Part shown: positions 47,011 through 60,498 of the stretch, in pieces
Position numbering within the stretch: the stretch's first letter is position 1
Layout of the letters: each line of letters starts with the position of its first letter
The notes under the pieces: generated by a model
What the model was told of the DNA's origin: nothing
Database searches by the model: none
The model's input: the letters and a program-made list of their open reading frames with translations, nothing else
Translations under genes and position numbers: made by a program
DNA from: Marinicella sp.
GTDB lineage: Bacteria > Pseudomonadota > Gammaproteobacteria > Xanthomonadales > Marinicellaceae
DNA length: 64,000 nucleotides
Reading direction: 5' to 3'
NCBI GenBank assembly: GCA_965230295.1
Contig: OZ246001.1
Span: 3,872,001 to 3,936,000, forward strand

Positions 47011-48456
47011 TTAAAGTGATTGGGTTACCATAATGCAATACTTAAACAAAACAGGTAACACAACCAATAATCCCAATTGTGCCAGGGCATTGATACTTAA
47101 TACTGTTTTCACATCAAAGCTGGCATCGATGGCTTGGTCTGTTTCAGACTCTTCAAAATACATCACTTTGATCAATCTTAAATAATAGAATGCACCGATT
47201 ACGGCAAAGATCACAGCAACCACAGCCAGCATGATGTAGCCTTGATCAACCACTGCTTTCAAGACATACAGTTTCGAGAAGAATCCAATCAATGGTGGGA
47301 AGCCTGCCATCGATGCCACCAGAAGCAACATCAAAAATGCATACCAAGAATTGCGTTGGTTCAAGCCTTTCAAATCTGAAATTTTGTCGGCTTCAACGCC
47401 TTTGCTGGATAACAGCACAATCATGCCAAAACCACCAATGGCCATAATGGTGTAAACAATGATATAAAACATGGAAGCTGCAATACCATCTGCTCCCCCA
47501 ACCAAACCCAACAACATGAATCCAATGTGTGAAATGGTTGAATAAGCAAACAGCCGTTTCAAATTGGTTTGTTGTAAGGCAAACAAATTACCTACAATGA
47601 TTGAAACAATGGCTAAAGTTGCCAACATGGATTGCCAATGCACCATCAGCACATCTAAACTTTGACCCAGTATCCTGACTGCCAGTGCAAAAGCAGCTAT
47701 CTTTGGAGCTGACGCGATGAATAAGGTGGTTGCAGTGGGCGCACCTTCATAGACATCTGGTACCCACATGTGAAAGGGTGCTGCGCCTAATTTAAAACCA
47801 ATACCAACAATCACAAAAATCAAGCCTAAAACCAGAAACATGTCGTTGTTTTGACCAGCAATGGCTTGTGATATTTCATTGACTTGCAAGGTGCCTACAG
47901 CACCATATATCAATGACATACCATACAACAACATACCAGATGCCAGTGCACCGAGAATGAAGTATTTCATGGCTGCTTCATTGCTGTTAATGTCATTTCG
48001 GTTATAAGCAACCAGCGCGTAAGAACTTAAAGCCAATAACTCAAGGCCCAAATACAAAGCGATGAAGTTATAACCAGAAATCATCACCATGATGCCCAAA
48101 GTACCAAATAGCAACAAAGCGAAATACTCACCTTGAACGTTGTCTCTTTGTCTTAAATACTGCTTGGCATAGAAGAATACGCCAATCATCAACAAATAAA
48201 CCACCACTTTAAGAAGGTCGCCAAAAGCATCTCTGATAAAGGTTTCATTGAACAGTAACTCGCTGCTGAATGCGGCACCTGCGACATGATCCTTGATCGT
48301 CAAAATGGCAGCAAACACCATGGTAATGACTGATAAAAAGATGATGAAACCACCTTTGTTTCTGTCCGTGAACAAACCAGTAATTAACACGACACATGCC
48401 ATGCTCAGTACCAAGATTTCCGGTAACGCCGGGACTAATTCTGACCAACCAAACAT
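47011..48456 (-). CDS. nuoN: NADH-quinone oxidoreductase subunit N
   Basis: EAAMKYFILG, FKLGAAPFHMWVPDVYEGAP. Confidence 0.96.
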   Translation of the reverse strand: MFGWSELVPALPEILVLSMACVVLITGLFTDRNKGGFIIFLSVITMVFAAILTIKDHVAGAAFSSELLFNETFIRDAFGDLLKVVVYLLMIGVFFYAKQYLRQRDNVQGEYFALLLFGTLGIMVMISGYNFIALYLGLELLALSSYALVAYNRNDINSNEAAMKYFILGALASGMLLYGMSLIYGAVGTLQVNEISQAIAGQNNDMFLVLGLIFVIVGIGFKLGAAPFHMWVPDVYEGAPTATTLFIASAPKIAAFALAVRILGQSLDVLMVHWQSMLATLAIVSIIVGNLFALQQTNLKRLFAYSTISHIGFMLLGLVGGADGIAASMFYIIVYTIMAIGGFGMIVLLSSKGVEADKISDLKGLNQRNSWYAFLMLLLVASMAGFPPLIGFFSKLYVLKAVVDQGYIMLAVVAVIFAVIGAFYYLRLIKVMYFEESETDQAIDASFDVKTVLSINALAQLGLLVVLPVLFKYCIMVTQSL

Positions 48457-49962
48457 TTATATCACCTTACTGACAGATACGTATTCAATGACTTGTCGAA
48501 CTGAAGCACTCATCACTTCAATCAACGGCTCAGGCCAAACGCCTAATAACAAAACCATAATTGCCAACACGGCCAATATGAAAAATTCTCTGGGGTTGAC
48601 ATCCTTCAATGAGGCAACTGAATCGTTGGTGATGACACCAAAGATAACCCTTTTTACCATCCATAAAGAATAGGCGGCACCGACTATCAAAGTAATGGCT
48701 GCCAAGAATGCAATCCAGAAATTAGCCTGAAAACTGGCCAAAATCACCATAAACTCTCCAACAAATCCAGAGGTACCTGGCAAACCGGAATTGGCCATGG
48801 CAAAAAACACAAAAAATGCACCAAACCAAGGCATGGTGTTAACCACCCCACCATAATCTTTGATCATTCTTGAATGTAGACGGTCGTACAAGACACCCAC
48901 ACACAAGAACATGGCAGCAGATATGAAACCGTGGGAGATCATTTGAACCATCGCGCCCTCAACGGCCATTTGGCTGTTGCCACCGTTTTTGATCAACATA
49001 AAGACCAAAAACAAGCCCAAAGTAACGAACCCCATATGAGAAATCGATGAATAAGCAATCAACTTTTTCATGTCTTTTTGTACCATTGCCACCAAGCCGA
49101 TGTAGACCACTGCTATCAAAGACAGGGTAATCAACAACCAGGTGAATTCGGAGCTGGCATCAGGTGTGATGGGCAGCGAAAACCGCAAGAACCCATAACC
49201 ACCTATTTTCAACATGATGGCAGCCAGCACCACTGAACCGCCCGTAGGTGCTTCAACGTGTGCATCTGGTAACCAGGTATGTACTGGGAACATGGGTATT
49301 TTTACGGCAAAAGCTGCAAGGAAAGCAAAAAACAACCAACTCTGTTCTTGCATGCTTAGCGGGTGCAAAGCCAAATCAGTCAGGTTCCAACTGCCAGACT
49401 GCATGTATAAATAGATCAAACCTATCAACATGAACACTGAACCCAGGAATGTATACAAAAAGAATTTAATCGTTGCATACACACGGTTGGGGCCGCCCCA
49501 AATACCAATGATCACAAACATGGGTATCAACATGGCTTCAAAGAATATATAAAACAACAGTGCATCTTGGGCAGTGAACACACCGATCATCATGCCTTCT
49601 AAAATTAAAAACGCTGCCATGTACTGGTGTACATTTTCTTTGATCACACGCCAGGCTGACAACACAATCAATACAGTGATGAATGTGGTCAGTATGACCA
49701 ACGGCAAGGCAATCCCATCGATACCTAAATGATAAAAAATATTGAACGAGTCTATCCAGACAACTTTTTCAACAAATTGTAAATTGGCAGTACTGGTATC
49801 AAATTGAGTCCATAAGGGTAAACTCAAAATTAAAGTTAACACTGAAACCGCTAAAGCGACCAGTTTAACCATCCCTGCACGTCCATGACCCATTGGCAAC
49901 AAGGCCAAACCACCCAAAATTGGCAGCCAAATAAGAACACTTAAAATTGAACCTTCAAACAT
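48457..49962 (-). CDS. nuoM: NADH-quinone oxidoreductase subunit M
   Basis: KIPMFPVHTWLPDAHVEAPT, GLPGTSGFVGE. Confidence 0.97.
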   Translation of the reverse strand: MFEGSILSVLIWLPILGGLALLPMGHGRAGMVKLVALAVSVLTLILSLPLWTQFDTSTANLQFVEKVVWIDSFNIFYHLGIDGIALPLVILTTFITVLIVLSAWRVIKENVHQYMAAFLILEGMMIGVFTAQDALLFYIFFEAMLIPMFVIIGIWGGPNRVYATIKFFLYTFLGSVFMLIGLIYLYMQSGSWNLTDLALHPLSMQEQSWLFFAFLAAFAVKIPMFPVHTWLPDAHVEAPTGGSVVLAAIMLKIGGYGFLRFSLPITPDASSEFTWLLITLSLIAVVYIGLVAMVQKDMKKLIAYSSISHMGFVTLGLFLVFMLIKNGGNSQMAVEGAMVQMISHGFISAAMFLCVGVLYDRLHSRMIKDYGGVVNTMPWFGAFFVFFAMANSGLPGTSGFVGEFMVILASFQANFWIAFLAAITLIVGAAYSLWMVKRVIFGVITNDSVASLKDVNPREFFILAVLAIMVLLLGVWPEPLIEVMSASVRQVIEYVSVSKVI

Positions 49963-49973
49963 AAATCAACTGC

Positions 49974-51935
49974 CTATTTAAATACGTAAAGACCAATGAA
50001 AACAATCACGCTCACTACCATGACCAAGGCATAGTGGAACACATATCCGGATTGGACCGACCTGATGAATTTGGAAACTGCATTGATCGCTTTGGCACTG
50101 CCATTAACGATCCAGCCATCGATCAACTTGGAGTCAGACCACTTCCACAATGCTTCACCCAATTTAACACTGCCACCGGCAATGAATTTCTGATTGAAAG
50201 CATCAAATCCATACTTGTTGTCCAAGATGCGGTGAATCGGAGCCAAGCGTTTCTTAATGACACCAGCCAAGGCTATATTTTTCATGTAAATATAGGTGGC
50301 CACAGCTAAGCCAGCCAGCATCAAGAAAAATGGTGCCGTTACAAACCCATGCATGGCAAAGGCTGCTGTTCCTTCGTATTGATACAAACCAATTTCATTC
50401 ACCACATCATTGGTTGGATTCACATGGATGGCATCTGCCATGAAACCACCAAACAACATGGGTTCAAAGGTGATCCAACCAATGATAATTGATGGAATGG
50501 CCAACAGAATTAATGGCAATGTCACCACCCAAGGTGATTCTTTCAAGTGCTCACGGGTGTGGTTATCCATGCGTTCTTTGCCATGAAAAGTCAGATACAA
50601 CAATCTAAAACTGTACAAGGCAGTCACGAAAACACCCAACAAGACCGCCACATAAGCGACCCCGGACCCCCAACGGTCTGACAGGCCTGTGGCCACAATG
50701 ATGGCGTCTTTAGAAAAATAACCTGAAAAGCCTGGAAAACCCACCAGCGCAAAAGTTCCAATCCATGCAGTGATGAATGTGATTGGCATGTATTTTCTTA
50801 AGCCACCCATTTCTTGCATGTCTTGCTTGTGATGCATGGCGATGATCACAGAACCAGCACCTAAGAATAACAAAGCTTTAAAGAATGCATGAGTCATGAG
50901 ATGGAAAATGGCCGCTGAATAGGCTGAAACACCTAAGGCCACCGTCATGTATCCCAATTGTGACAAGGTTGAATAGGCAATAACCCGCTTGATGTCATTT
51001 TGGACGATACCAATCAACCCCATAAAGAAGGCTGTGAACGCACCCACTAACATCACAAAACTCAAGGCCACATCTGACATTTCAAACAAGGGCGACATTC
51101 TGGATACCATAAAGATACCAGCAGTCACCATGGTGGCAGCATGGATCAAAGCAGAAATCGGCGTGGGGCCTTCCATTGAATCGGGTAGCCACACATGTAA
51201 GGGTGCTTGAGCCGATTTGCCCATGGCTCCAATGAACAAAGCAATACAGATGAAGGTCATCATTGACCATTGGCTGTCACCAAAAATTGAAATGGTTTCA
51301 TCTGCCATATTGGGTGCTTGATTGAATACTTCTACATAATCCAAACTGCCAAAAGTCATCAGCACAGCACCAATACCAAGCAAGAATCCAAAATCACCCA
51401 CTCGGTTGACCAGGAAGGCTTTCATATTGGCAAAAATGGCCGTTTCTTTTTTGAACCAGAAACCAATCAACAAATAGGACACCAATCCAACAGCTTCCCA
51501 ACCAAAAAATAACTGCATGAAGTTGTTGGCCATCACCAACATCAACATGGAGAAAGTAAATAATGAAATGTAACTGAAAAAACGTTGGTAACCCGGATCT
51601 TCACTCATGTAACCAATGGTGTAAATATGTACCATCAAGGATACAAAAGTTACCACACTCATCATGATTGCAGTCAATGAATCAACCAGAAATCCAACAT
51701 GCATGGATAATTCACCAGTCACCATCCAGGTATATATGTTTTCATTGAAGACAGTGGCTTCACCATTGATGAACTGCATCAAGACTTTGATTGATAAGAC
51801 ACATGATAAGCCCACTGCACCAATGGTTATGGTATGTGCGCCGATGCGCCCAATCCTGCGTCCAAACAAACCGGCAATTGCTGCTGCTGCAAGTGGCGCA
51901 AAAGCAATGACCATTAATGTTGTTTTCATATCCAT
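49974..51935 (-). CDS. nuoL: NADH-quinone oxidoreductase subunit L
   Basis: KSAQAPLHVWLPDSMEGPTPISALIHAATMV. Confidence 0.97.
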   Translation of the reverse strand: MDMKTTLMVIAFAPLAAAAIAGLFGRRIGRIGAHTITIGAVGLSCVLSIKVLMQFINGEATVFNENIYTWMVTGELSMHVGFLVDSLTAIMMSVVTFVSLMVHIYTIGYMSEDPGYQRFFSYISLFTFSMLMLVMANNFMQLFFGWEAVGLVSYLLIGFWFKKETAIFANMKAFLVNRVGDFGFLLGIGAVLMTFGSLDYVEVFNQAPNMADETISIFGDSQWSMMTFICIALFIGAMGKSAQAPLHVWLPDSMEGPTPISALIHAATMVTAGIFMVSRMSPLFEMSDVALSFVMLVGAFTAFFMGLIGIVQNDIKRVIAYSTLSQLGYMTVALGVSAYSAAIFHLMTHAFFKALLFLGAGSVIIAMHHKQDMQEMGGLRKYMPITFITAWIGTFALVGFPGFSGYFSKDAIIVATGLSDRWGSGVAYVAVLLGVFVTALYSFRLLYLTFHGKERMDNHTREHLKESPWVVTLPLILLAIPSIIIGWITFEPMLFGGFMADAIHVNPTNDVVNEIGLYQYEGTAAFAMHGFVTAPFFLMLAGLAVATYIYMKNIALAGVIKKRLAPIHRILDNKYGFDAFNQKFIAGGSVKLGEALWKWSDSKLIDGWIVNGSAKAINAVSKFIRSVQSGYVFHYALVMVVSVIVFIGLYVFK

Positions 51936-51938
51936 CGT

Positions 51939-52241
51939 TTACCCTTCCAACTCGTTGATTTCTTTGACTTCAAGTGTTTTCTTGTTGCGGAACAACACCA
52001 CCAGAATAGCCAAACCTATCGCTGCTTCAGCAGCAGCAACAGTTAAGATAAAGAACACAAATACCTGGCCTTGTACATCGCCTAAATATTTTGAAAATGC
52101 CACTAAATTGGTATTAACGGCCAACAGCATCAACTCAATGGACATCAAAACCACCAACACATTGCGTCGGTTAACAAAGATACCAGCCATACTGATCACA
52201 AACAAAATGGCGGATACAATCAAATAATGTTGCAAACTCAT
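51939..52241 (-). CDS. nuoK: NADH-quinone oxidoreductase subunit K
   Basis: [20 protein letters not shown]. Confidence 0.96.
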   Translation of the reverse strand: MSLQHYLIVSAILFVISMAGIFVNRRNVLVVLMSIELMLLAVNTNLVAFSKYLGDVQGQVFVFFILTVAAAEAAIGLAILVVLFRNKKTLEVKEINELEG

Positions 52242-52882
52242 GACTCTTCTCCATTGTTTTGCCCTTCGGCTTTTTCAGCCTTCATAGACACCACTCGAAT
52301 TCGTTCTGCCGGGTTGATGTTGATTTGTTTGGCCGCATCCATTTGTTTATTGCCTTCACGTTTACGCATGGTCAACATGATGGCCGCTACAATCGCCACC
52401 AATAAGATCACGGCGGCAATCTCAAATGGATAAACATATTTGGTGAATAACTCCATCCCCACTTCAGCCACATTGCTGTAACCCTGCTCTTGTCTGATCA
52501 GTTCATTGGTTGGGATTTGTCCGCTTAACTTATAGGCAAACAACATCATCAATTCAACCAACATGGCTGCAGCTATCAGCAGTGCTGCCTTGGTGTATGA
52601 CTGTTTCAGTTGTGAGGCTTTTACTTGCTTAACATCAAGCATCATCACCACAAATAAGAACAACACCATGACGGCTCCCACATAGACCAAGACCAGTGTA
52701 ATGGCAAGGAACTCTGCTTCAATCAATAACCACAAAACGGCGGTGTTAAAGAAACACAAAACCAAAAATAAAGCTGAATATATGGTGTTTTTAACAGTCA
52801 CCACGGCCATGGCGGAACCCACCGTAAACGTGGCAAACACATAAAACATTAACTGTTGAAATAATTCTGGACTAATGATCAT
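52238..52882 (-). CDS. nuoJ: NADH-quinone oxidoreductase subunit J
   Basis: [20 protein letters not shown]. Confidence 0.96.
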   Translation of the reverse strand: MIISPELFQQLMFYVFATFTVGSAMAVVTVKNTIYSALFLVLCFFNTAVLWLLIEAEFLAITLVLVYVGAVMVLFLFVVMMLDVKQVKASQLKQSYTKAALLIAAAMLVELMMLFAYKLSGQIPTNELIRQEQGYSNVAEVGMELFTKYVYPFEIAAVILLVAIVAAIMLTMRKREGNKQMDAAKQININPAERIRVVSMKAEKAEGQNNGEES

Positions 52883-53370
52883 TATCTGTACTTCGCATCT
52901 TGTTGTTTGGTTTTGGCAATTTGTTCTTCATACATATCACCAATGGCCAAAAGTTGTTCTTTGGTCATGACATTTTTCCCCATCGATTCAAAATGGTATT
53001 CATGGATATCGGTTTCAACAATTGAATCCACAGGACATGACTCTTCACAGAAACCACAGTAAATACACTTGAATAGGTCAATCTCATATTTTGTGGTTCG
53101 TCTTGATCCGTCTTCTCTGACATCAGAATCAATGGTGATGGCAGCAGCAGGACAAACCGCTTCACATAATTTGCAAGCAATACAACGCTCTTCTCCATTA
53201 GGATAACGTCGCAATGCGTGTAAGCCTCTGAAACGAGGTGACTTAGGCGTCTTCTCCTCGGGATATCTGACTGTGAATTTTCTTTTGAAGAAATATTTTT
53301 GAGTCAGCATCAAACCCTTGCGGATTTCATTCAGAGTTAAACTTTTTAAATACCTTACAATTTTAGTCAT
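52882..53370 (-). CDS. nuoI: NADH-quinone oxidoreductase subunit I
   Basis: [12 protein letters not shown] and [12 protein letters not shown] 4Fe-4S motifs. Confidence 0.97.
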   Translation of the reverse strand: MTKIVRYLKSLTLNEIRKGLMLTQKYFFKRKFTVRYPEEKTPKSPRFRGLHALRRYPNGEERCIACKLCEAVCPAAAITIDSDVREDGSRRTTKYEIDLFKCIYCGFCEESCPVDSIVETDIHEYHFESMGKNVMTKEQLLAIGDMYEEQIAKTKQQDAKYR

Positions 53371-53387
53371 TTCATATCTCTAAACGA

Positions 53388-54401
53388 TCAATTCCACCAT
53401 GGACCGACGTGGTAGACTTTCAAGACAGCCACGACCATGATCCACACAATGGTGATAGGAATAAATACTTTCCAACCCAATCTCATGATTTGGTCATAGC
53501 GGTATCTGGGTAATGATGCACGTAACCAAAAGTATGCATACAAGAAAATAGAGGTTTTGGCTAAAAACCATACAATGCTGGGCTGGGCAATCCAGCTGTC
53601 ACCGGTAAATGGAGAATACCAACCACCCAAAAACATCAAGGCAGTCAGTGCTGAAATGATGATCATGTTGGCGTATTCGCCCAAAAAGAACAGTGCAAAT
53701 GCTGCGCCTGAATATTCCACATGGAAGCCTGCAACAATTTCAGATTCACCTTCAGCGACATCAAATGGCGCCCTATTGGTTTCTGCCACACCAGAGATGT
53801 AATAAATGAGGAACAAGGGTAATAAAGGCCAGATATACCAATTAACGACACCACCCTCTTGAGCCCTGACGATGTCTGACAAGTTGAGCGTACCAGCTGC
53901 AACCAAAACACCCACCAAGGCAAATCCCATGGCTATTTCGTAGGAAACAATTTGTGCCGCTGAACGCAATGCCCCCAATAAGGCATATTTAGAGTTTGAG
54001 GCCCATCCAGCGATGATTACGCCATATACACCCAAGGATGTCATGGCCAAAACATAAACCAAACCTGCATTGATGTCAGCCAGTACCCAACCCTCATCAA
54101 ATGGAACCACCGCCCAGGCAGCAAACGCCGTAGCTAATGTGATCATTGGGGCAATCAGGAACAGAAACTTATTGGCATTTTTAGGGAAAATTATTTCCTT
54201 GGTCAGCAGCTTGAGCACATCCGCAAATGGCTGTAACAAACCTCTGGGCCCAACTCGATTGGGCCCCATCCTGACATGCATGAAGGCGATGACTTTGCGC
54301 TCAAAATAAGTCAGATAGGCAACCGTCAAAATCACACCCAAGACAATGATCAAGATGTAAATCAAGTTATCAAAAATAAGGAAATTCAGTAATTCAATCA
54401 T
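53388..54401 (-). CDS. nuoH: NADH-quinone oxidoreductase subunit H
   Basis: [27 protein letters not shown]. Confidence 0.97.
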   Translation of the reverse strand: MIELLNFLIFDNLIYILIIVLGVILTVAYLTYFERKVIAFMHVRMGPNRVGPRGLLQPFADVLKLLTKEIIFPKNANKFLFLIAPMITLATAFAAWAVVPFDEGWVLADINAGLVYVLAMTSLGVYGVIIAGWASNSKYALLGALRSAAQIVSYEIAMGFALVGVLVAAGTLNLSDIVRAQEGGVVNWYIWPLLPLFLIYYISGVAETNRAPFDVAEGESEIVAGFHVEYSGAAFALFFLGEYANMIIISALTALMFLGGWYSPFTGDSWIAQPSIVWFLAKTSIFLYAYFWLRASLPRYRYDQIMRLGWKVFIPITIVWIMVVAVLKVYHVGPWWN

Positions 54402-56734
54402 GACTGTACTCCAATGATGCCCACATTCAAGTCTGAAGCATCCAGCGATAAACTGGCAGTTCGGCCCATATTGACAACAGCAGATCCTTCGGGCACTTCA
54501 TCTGAAACTGCCAAAGTTAACTCGGCGTAACGGCCATCTTGTTCAACTGAAACCAAGCTACCTGCTTCAAATCCAATTGAGATTAAATCTTTTGAATTAA
54601 CAAAAACGGTGTCAGATGATGCCAAACCGCTGTTTTGTAGTGGGCCAGAACGTCTGACCAATGGATCTGAATCATAAATACCGTTATTGGCAAACAATGC
54701 CAAACCTTTAACGACAGGTTCCTTGATCTGACAGTCTTGATTAACAACGGGTTCTGCTGCCTGGTATTTTTCTGTTTTTGCCATCACATCATTGATGTCT
54801 TCATAGTCAAAATCAGCATAGCCCATTAAATTGCCTAATACGCGCAACACGCGCCAACCTGGCTTGGTTTCACCTGGTGACTTTTGAGCCACTGTCGAGA
54901 CTTGTCGGTGGCCATAATTGTTCACCATGCTACCCGTTACTTCAGGCAACAAGGCAGTGGGCAATATCAAATCAGCTCTAGACTTCATGTTTTCATCACA
55001 ATATGCATTAAAAACAACCGTGAAGTCACTGTTTGTTAAGGTATTTTTAATTGATGCCTGATCTGCAAAGTCTTGCAACTCTGCTTGGTACACAATATTC
55101 ATGCGATGCTCATTGTGCTTGATGTCGCTGCTGGCATGTAAACCGGCCATGAAAGCACCTGAGGCATTGGCACCCGCTTGAACTTCATTCATTTGACCAC
55201 CAGTGACCTGTGCCAACCAGGCAGTGATGCCTTTGATTAAGTTGGCTTGAGGGTGTGATTGACTGATTTGACCAACCACAAACAGGGCTGAAACCTCATC
55301 TTTCAATAACTGTTTGGCCAAATGATTGATGTCTTCATCAGTTTTTTGATTTTTAACCCATTCGCCCAATTCACCTGATGGGAATTTAGACCGGATCTCA
55401 GCCACACTTTTCGCTAAAGAACCTAACTGCTTAACCCAATTGACTTGGTTGCCGGTAAAATCATGCAATAAATCGTAGTTTTGCTCAAAATTCTTAGGCC
55501 CAAATGATGATACGGTGGCTCCAGCAAGCCAAGCTTGCCTGATTTTATGGTTCAATATGGGTTGTTCATGACGAATATGGCCACCTACGATGACAACTTT
55601 TTGTTGACCAGACACTTGGGCAAGCGGCACATCAATCCGAGGTAAGCGATCATGATCTGAAAAGTCTGTGATGTTAATGCGGTGTTCATGTTGTTGACTG
55701 CCTAAATGGTCAAACAACTGCTTCAACAAATGGTACTCCTCGGTTGTTGCATAATTTGAAGTGTATAAAGCAATGTCATCACCATCAAATTTTTTGAACT
55801 GTTCAACCAATGTCGCTAAAGCATCTTCCCAAGAAATTTCACGCCACTGACCATTTTCTTTGATCATAGGATGCATGATGCGATCCTGATCATTGCTTAA
55901 TCCATGGATACCGTATCGATCACGATCTGAGATCCATGCTTCATTCAATGCATCGTTATCTTGTGGTACAGCCCTTAATACATCCCCGTTACGGGTGTGA
56001 TAAAACATGTTTGAACCCACACCATCGTGCATGGAGATGGCAGACGTGGCCATCAACTCCCAAGCACGTGCCTTGTACCTGAATGGCTTATTGGTTAAAG
56101 CACCTACAGGACATAAATCAATCACATTGCCGGACATTTCTGACTTCATTGATTGGCCTACTGCCGTACTGATGTTGGTTCTGTCGCCTCTACCAATACC
56201 GCCCAATTCATCGGTTCCCGCCACTTCATTCAAGAATCGCACGCATCGTGTACAAAGGATACACCTTGTCATGTCCGTCGAGATCAAAGGCCCCAAATTT
56301 TCATCTTTGACCACCCGTTTTGAATCAACATAGCGAGACACATCTCGACCGTATCCCATGGAAACATCTTGTAATTCACATTCACCACCCTGATCGCATA
56401 TAGGGCAATCTAAAGGATGATTGATCAACAAAAACTCCATCACATTGCGTTGTGCATCTGTGGCTCGTTTTGATTGTGTGTAAACTTTCATTCCATCCAT
56501 CACTGGAGTGGCACAAGCAGGTAATGGTTTGGGCGCTTTTTCAACATCAACCATACACATGCGACAGTTGGCGGCTACAGACAGTTTTTTATGGTAACAA
56601 AATCTTGGAATCTTGATGCCTTGTTGATCTGCGGCCTCAATGATCATGCTGCCTTTTTCAGCTTGCACTTCACGACCATCTATCTCGATGGTGACTGTGT
56701 TGGCGTCAGCTACTTGGTTACTGCTATCGGTCAT
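54398..56734 (-). CDS. nuoG: NADH-quinone oxidoreductase subunit G
   Basis: [32 protein letters not shown]. Confidence 0.97.
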   Translation of the reverse strand: MTDSSNQVADANTVTIEIDGREVQAEKGSMIIEAADQQGIKIPRFCYHKKLSVAANCRMCMVDVEKAPKPLPACATPVMDGMKVYTQSKRATDAQRNVMEFLLINHPLDCPICDQGGECELQDVSMGYGRDVSRYVDSKRVVKDENLGPLISTDMTRCILCTRCVRFLNEVAGTDELGGIGRGDRTNISTAVGQSMKSEMSGNVIDLCPVGALTNKPFRYKARAWELMATSAISMHDGVGSNMFYHTRNGDVLRAVPQDNDALNEAWISDRDRYGIHGLSNDQDRIMHPMIKENGQWREISWEDALATLVEQFKKFDGDDIALYTSNYATTEEYHLLKQLFDHLGSQQHEHRINITDFSDHDRLPRIDVPLAQVSGQQKVVIVGGHIRHEQPILNHKIRQAWLAGATVSSFGPKNFEQNYDLLHDFTGNQVNWVKQLGSLAKSVAEIRSKFPSGELGEWVKNQKTDEDINHLAKQLLKDEVSALFVVGQISQSHPQANLIKGITAWLAQVTGGQMNEVQAGANASGAFMAGLHASSDIKHNEHRMNIVYQAELQDFADQASIKNTLTNSDFTVVFNAYCDENMKSRADLILPTALLPEVTGSMVNNYGHRQVSTVAQKSPGETKPGWRVLRVLGNLMGYADFDYEDINDVMAKTEKYQAAEPVVNQDCQIKEPVVKGLALFANNGIYDSDPLVRRSGPLQNSGLASSDTVFVNSKDLISIGFEAGSLVSVEQDGRYAELTLAVSDEVPEGSAVVNMGRTASLSLDASDLNVGIIGVQS

Positions 56735-58008
56735 GAAGTAAACCTCTCATTCATTGATTTTTTGTGTTCCACAAAATATTCAAACTCGTCCCAGTAATAT
56801 TTCAAGATACCTTGCACTGGCCAAGCTGCGGCTTCACCGAAAGCACAAATGGTGTGACCTTCAATTTGCCCAGCGGCCTGTTTCAACATATCAATGTCTT
56901 GACTCTCCCCTTTGCCTTCAAGAATTCTGGTTAATACACGGTACATCCACCCAGTGCCTTCTCTGCATGGTGTGCATTGGCCACATGATTCCATGTAATA
57001 AAAACGTGACAAACGATGACACACTTCAACCATACAGGTTCCTTCAGCCATAACGATGACGGCACCTGATCCCAAACCAGAACCGGCTTGACCAATGGCA
57101 TCAAAATCCATGGTTAAACCCATCATCACTTCTGCCGGCAATACTTTCATTGATGACCCGCCAGGAATAACCGCTTTGAGTTTTTTGCCATCCAGGACAC
57201 CACCGGCCATTTCCAACAAATCGCCAAAAGGGGTGCCCAAAGGAATTTCATAATTTCCAGGTTTATTGACATGACCTGAAACCGAAAAGATTTTAACCCC
57301 GCCATTGTTTGGCTTACCCAATTCTAAAAACCACTCTGCACCATTGCGCATAATCGCTGGAACAGATGCAAAAGATTCGGTGTTGTTGATGGTGGTTGGT
57401 TTACCATAGATTCCGAAGTTAGCCGGGAAAGGTGGTTTGAACCTGGGCTGGCCTTTTTTACCTTCTAAAGATTCCATCAAGGCTGTTTCTTCACCACAGA
57501 TGTATGCACCTGCACCATGTACCGCATAAAGATCAAAATCCACACCTGAATCGTTGATGTTTCGACCCAATAATCCGGCTTCGTAAGCTTCTTTCAATGC
57601 TTCTTCAAAATTCTCGAATGGTTCATGGTGAAATTCGCCACGCAAGTAGTTGTAACCAACAGTTGCCCCCATGGCATATCCACCAATGGCCATCCCTTCA
57701 ATCACTGCATGAGGGTTGTATCTGAGGATGTCACGGTCATGACAGGTACCTGGCTCAGATTCATCTGAATTACACAAAACATATTTTTGGCCTGGTGCAT
57801 CTTTGGGCATGAAGCTCCACTTCAAACCAGTTGGGAATCCAGCCCCGCCTCGGCCACGCAATGCAGAAGCTTTAACGGTATCTATGATTTCATTTTGGTC
57901 GGTTTTTTCAGCCAGAATTTTTTTCCAAGCCTGGTAACCGCCTTTTTCCATGTAGTTTTTGAGTGAATGATCCTTATCAGGATTCAAACAAACGTTCAGT
58001 TGAGCCAT
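56731..58008 (-). CDS. nuoF: NADH-quinone oxidoreductase subunit F
   Basis: [35 protein letters not shown]. Confidence 0.98.
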   Translation of the reverse strand: MAQLNVCLNPDKDHSLKNYMEKGGYQAWKKILAEKTDQNEIIDTVKASALRGRGGAGFPTGLKWSFMPKDAPGQKYVLCNSDESEPGTCHDRDILRYNPHAVIEGMAIGGYAMGATVGYNYLRGEFHHEPFENFEEALKEAYEAGLLGRNINDSGVDFDLYAVHGAGAYICGEETALMESLEGKKGQPRFKPPFPANFGIYGKPTTINNTESFASVPAIMRNGAEWFLELGKPNNGGVKIFSVSGHVNKPGNYEIPLGTPFGDLLEMAGGVLDGKKLKAVIPGGSSMKVLPAEVMMGLTMDFDAIGQAGSGLGSGAVIVMAEGTCMVEVCHRLSRFYYMESCGQCTPCREGTGWMYRVLTRILEGKGESQDIDMLKQAAGQIEGHTICAFGEAAAWPVQGILKYYWDEFEYFVEHKKSMNERFTS

Positions 58009-58532
58009 CAGGACAAACCTCCCAAAAGCTCATCGATCTTGGCTTCTGTTAAATTTTCATGGTAATGACCATTGATGATCATCATGGGTGCACCGGTACA
58101 AGCTGCGACACACTCCTCTTCTTTTACCAAGGTAATTTGACCGTCAGCTGTGGTCTCACCCAACTTGATGCCCAATTTGTTTTCAGCGTACTTAATCACC
58201 TTGTCAGCACCTCTGAGCATGCAAGAAATGTTGTTACAAATGGCCACTTTATTTTTTCCAGCTGGCTTGGTAAAGAACATCGAATAGAAGCTGGCTGCCT
58301 CATAAGCCCACACCGGTGGAATTTCCAGGTATTCAGCCACGGCTTTCATGATTTCCTCACTCAACCAACCATTGTTTTGGTCTTGAGCTGCATGCAATGC
58401 ACCGATCAAAGCTGAACGGCGTTGGTCATGCGGATATTTTGCCAACCATTGGTCAATGTGAGCCCTGGTTTCATCAGTCAGTAGACTCATGGCCAAAGCT
58501 TTGTCTTCATTTTGTGGATTGACTTGATACAT
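58008..58532 (-). CDS. nuoE: NADH-quinone oxidoreductase subunit E
   Basis: CNNISC...ECVAAC 2Fe-2S motif. Confidence 0.96.
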   Translation of the reverse strand: MYQVNPQNEDKALAMSLLTDETRAHIDQWLAKYPHDQRRSALIGALHAAQDQNNGWLSEEIMKAVAEYLEIPPVWAYEAASFYSMFFTKPAGKNKVAICNNISCMLRGADKVIKYAENKLGIKLGETTADGQITLVKEEECVAACTGAPMMIINGHYHENLTEAKIDELLGGLS

Positions 58533-59785
58533 TATCTATCGATCTCCCCAAATACAATATCCATAGTTCCGATGACTGCCACCACGTCTGCCAACATGTG
58601 TCCTTTAACCATGTCATTCATCGCTGATAAATGTGCAAATCCGGGTGCACGCAACTTCATCCTGAATGGTTTGTTGGAATCATCTGAAATCAAAAATACC
58701 CCAAATTCACCTTTGGGAGCTTCAACAGCGGCATACACTTCACCGGCAGGCACCGTGTACCCCTCTGTAAACAATTTAAAGTGATGAATCATCGACTCCA
58801 TGTCTTCTTTCATCATTTCTCGATCGGGTGGTGCCACTTTGTACTCGTCAACCATGACCGGTCCAGGATTGTTCTTCAACCACTCGACACACTGTTTGAT
58901 GATGCGGGTAGACTGAACCATTTCTTCCATGCGTACCAGGTAACGGTCATAGCAGTCGCCATTGACACCCACAGGAATGTCAAAATCAACTTTGTCATAC
59001 GCAGCATATGTTTGTTTTTTGCGCAGATCCCAAGCCACACCACTGCCACGTAACATGGGCCCCGTAAATCCCCATGCTTTGGCTTGTTCAGGAGACACAA
59101 CCCCAATCCCTACAGTACGTTGCTTCCAAATGCGATTGTCCTGTAATAAAGTGCGGTATTCGTTGATCTTGTTGGGAAAATCATTGGTAAATGCTTCAAT
59201 AAAGTCCAACAAAGAACCTTCTCGCCACTCATTGGCATAAGCCAGGTTTTTACCTTTGGTCCATTTGCTCTCTGCATATTGTGGCATGTGATCAGGTAAA
59301 TCACGATAAACCCCACCTGGACGGTAATAGGTGGCGTGCATCCTGGCACCAGAAACAGCCTCATACATGTCCATACAATGCTCTCTTTCTCGGAAAGCAT
59401 AAAGGAATAATGCCATGGCGCCTAAATCCAAACCATGGGTACCAATCCACATCAGGTGATTCCTGATCCGGGTGATCTCATCAAACATGGTTCTGATGTA
59501 TTGTGCTCGAACGGGGGCTTCAATATTCAACAATTGTTCAATGGCACGCACATAAGCATGTTCATTACACATCATTGAAACGTAATCCAGTCGATCCATA
59601 TAACCGATTGACTGATTAAATGGCTTGGATTCAGCCAGTTTTTCAGTGGCTCGATGCAACAATCCAACATGCGGATCTGCATGTTCAACCACTTCTCCAT
59701 CCAATTCCAATATCAATCGCAACACACCATGGGCTGCTGGATGCTGAGGCCCAAAATTCATGGTGTAATTCTTAATTTCCGACAT
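58532..59785 (-). CDS. nuoD: NADH-quinone oxidoreductase subunit D
   Basis: [34 protein letters not shown]. Confidence 0.98.
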   Translation of the reverse strand: MSEIKNYTMNFGPQHPAAHGVLRLILELDGEVVEHADPHVGLLHRATEKLAESKPFNQSIGYMDRLDYVSMMCNEHAYVRAIEQLLNIEAPVRAQYIRTMFDEITRIRNHLMWIGTHGLDLGAMALFLYAFREREHCMDMYEAVSGARMHATYYRPGGVYRDLPDHMPQYAESKWTKGKNLAYANEWREGSLLDFIEAFTNDFPNKINEYRTLLQDNRIWKQRTVGIGVVSPEQAKAWGFTGPMLRGSGVAWDLRKKQTYAAYDKVDFDIPVGVNGDCYDRYLVRMEEMVQSTRIIKQCVEWLKNNPGPVMVDEYKVAPPDREMMKEDMESMIHHFKLFTEGYTVPAGEVYAAVEAPKGEFGVFLISDDSNKPFRMKLRAPGFAHLSAMNDMVKGHMLADVVAVIGTMDIVFGEIDR

Positions 59786-60498
59786 TATGAAGCCTCCTGG
59801 TCATTCATGTTTTCGACATAACGCGAATCGCGCCTGATGGTCTTAGGGACCAAGACCCGTGGCTCAATGGTAACTGGTTGATACACCACCCGACCTTGAT
59901 CTTCGTCATAGACCACTTCAACATTACCAATCAATGGGAAATCTTTTCTGAATGGATGTCCAATGAAGCCATAATCAGTCAAAATTCGACGTAAGTCAGG
60001 GTGACCCTTAAAGATGATGCCGAATAAATCAAAAGCTTCACGTTCAAACCAATTCACACCAGGCCAAACATCTATCAAAGAAGGCACCATTAACATCCCT
60101 TCATCGGGTGCAAAACATTTGATGGTTAAACGGCGGTTGTGTTTTATGGATAGTAATTGTGCAACGACTGCAAACCGGTTTTTCATGGTTTCTTCACGAC
60201 GTTCATTCCACGAAAAACGCCCAGGTCCTTTACCTTGTATTCCTCGACTGAAACCACTTGAGGTCACATCATCAGTTCGCCACTCACTTTCACCGTAAGT
60301 TAGGTAATCAACACCACAAACATCGATACATTGCTCGAATTGAAAGGTCTCATCATCCCTGAGTTGCTTAGCCACCTCGATCCATGACTCAGTGGGTATG
60401 GTACAAGATACACCGTTGTCTGATTCGTTGATTTCGATCTTAATGTCAGCGAATTTTTCTGACAAATCCTTTGCTAATTTGTATTTGAAATTGCTCAT
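59785..60498 (-). CDS. nuoC: NADH-quinone oxidoreductase subunit C
   Basis: [29 protein letters not shown]. Confidence 0.97.
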   Translation of the reverse strand: MSNFKYKLAKDLSEKFADIKIEINESDNGVSCTIPTESWIEVAKQLRDDETFQFEQCIDVCGVDYLTYGESEWRTDDVTSSGFSRGIQGKGPGRFSWNERREETMKNRFAVVAQLLSIKHNRRLTIKCFAPDEGMLMVPSLIDVWPGVNWFEREAFDLFGIIFKGHPDLRRILTDYGFIGHPFRKDFPLIGNVEVVYDEDQGRVVYQPVTIEPRVLVPKTIRRDSRYVENMNDQEAS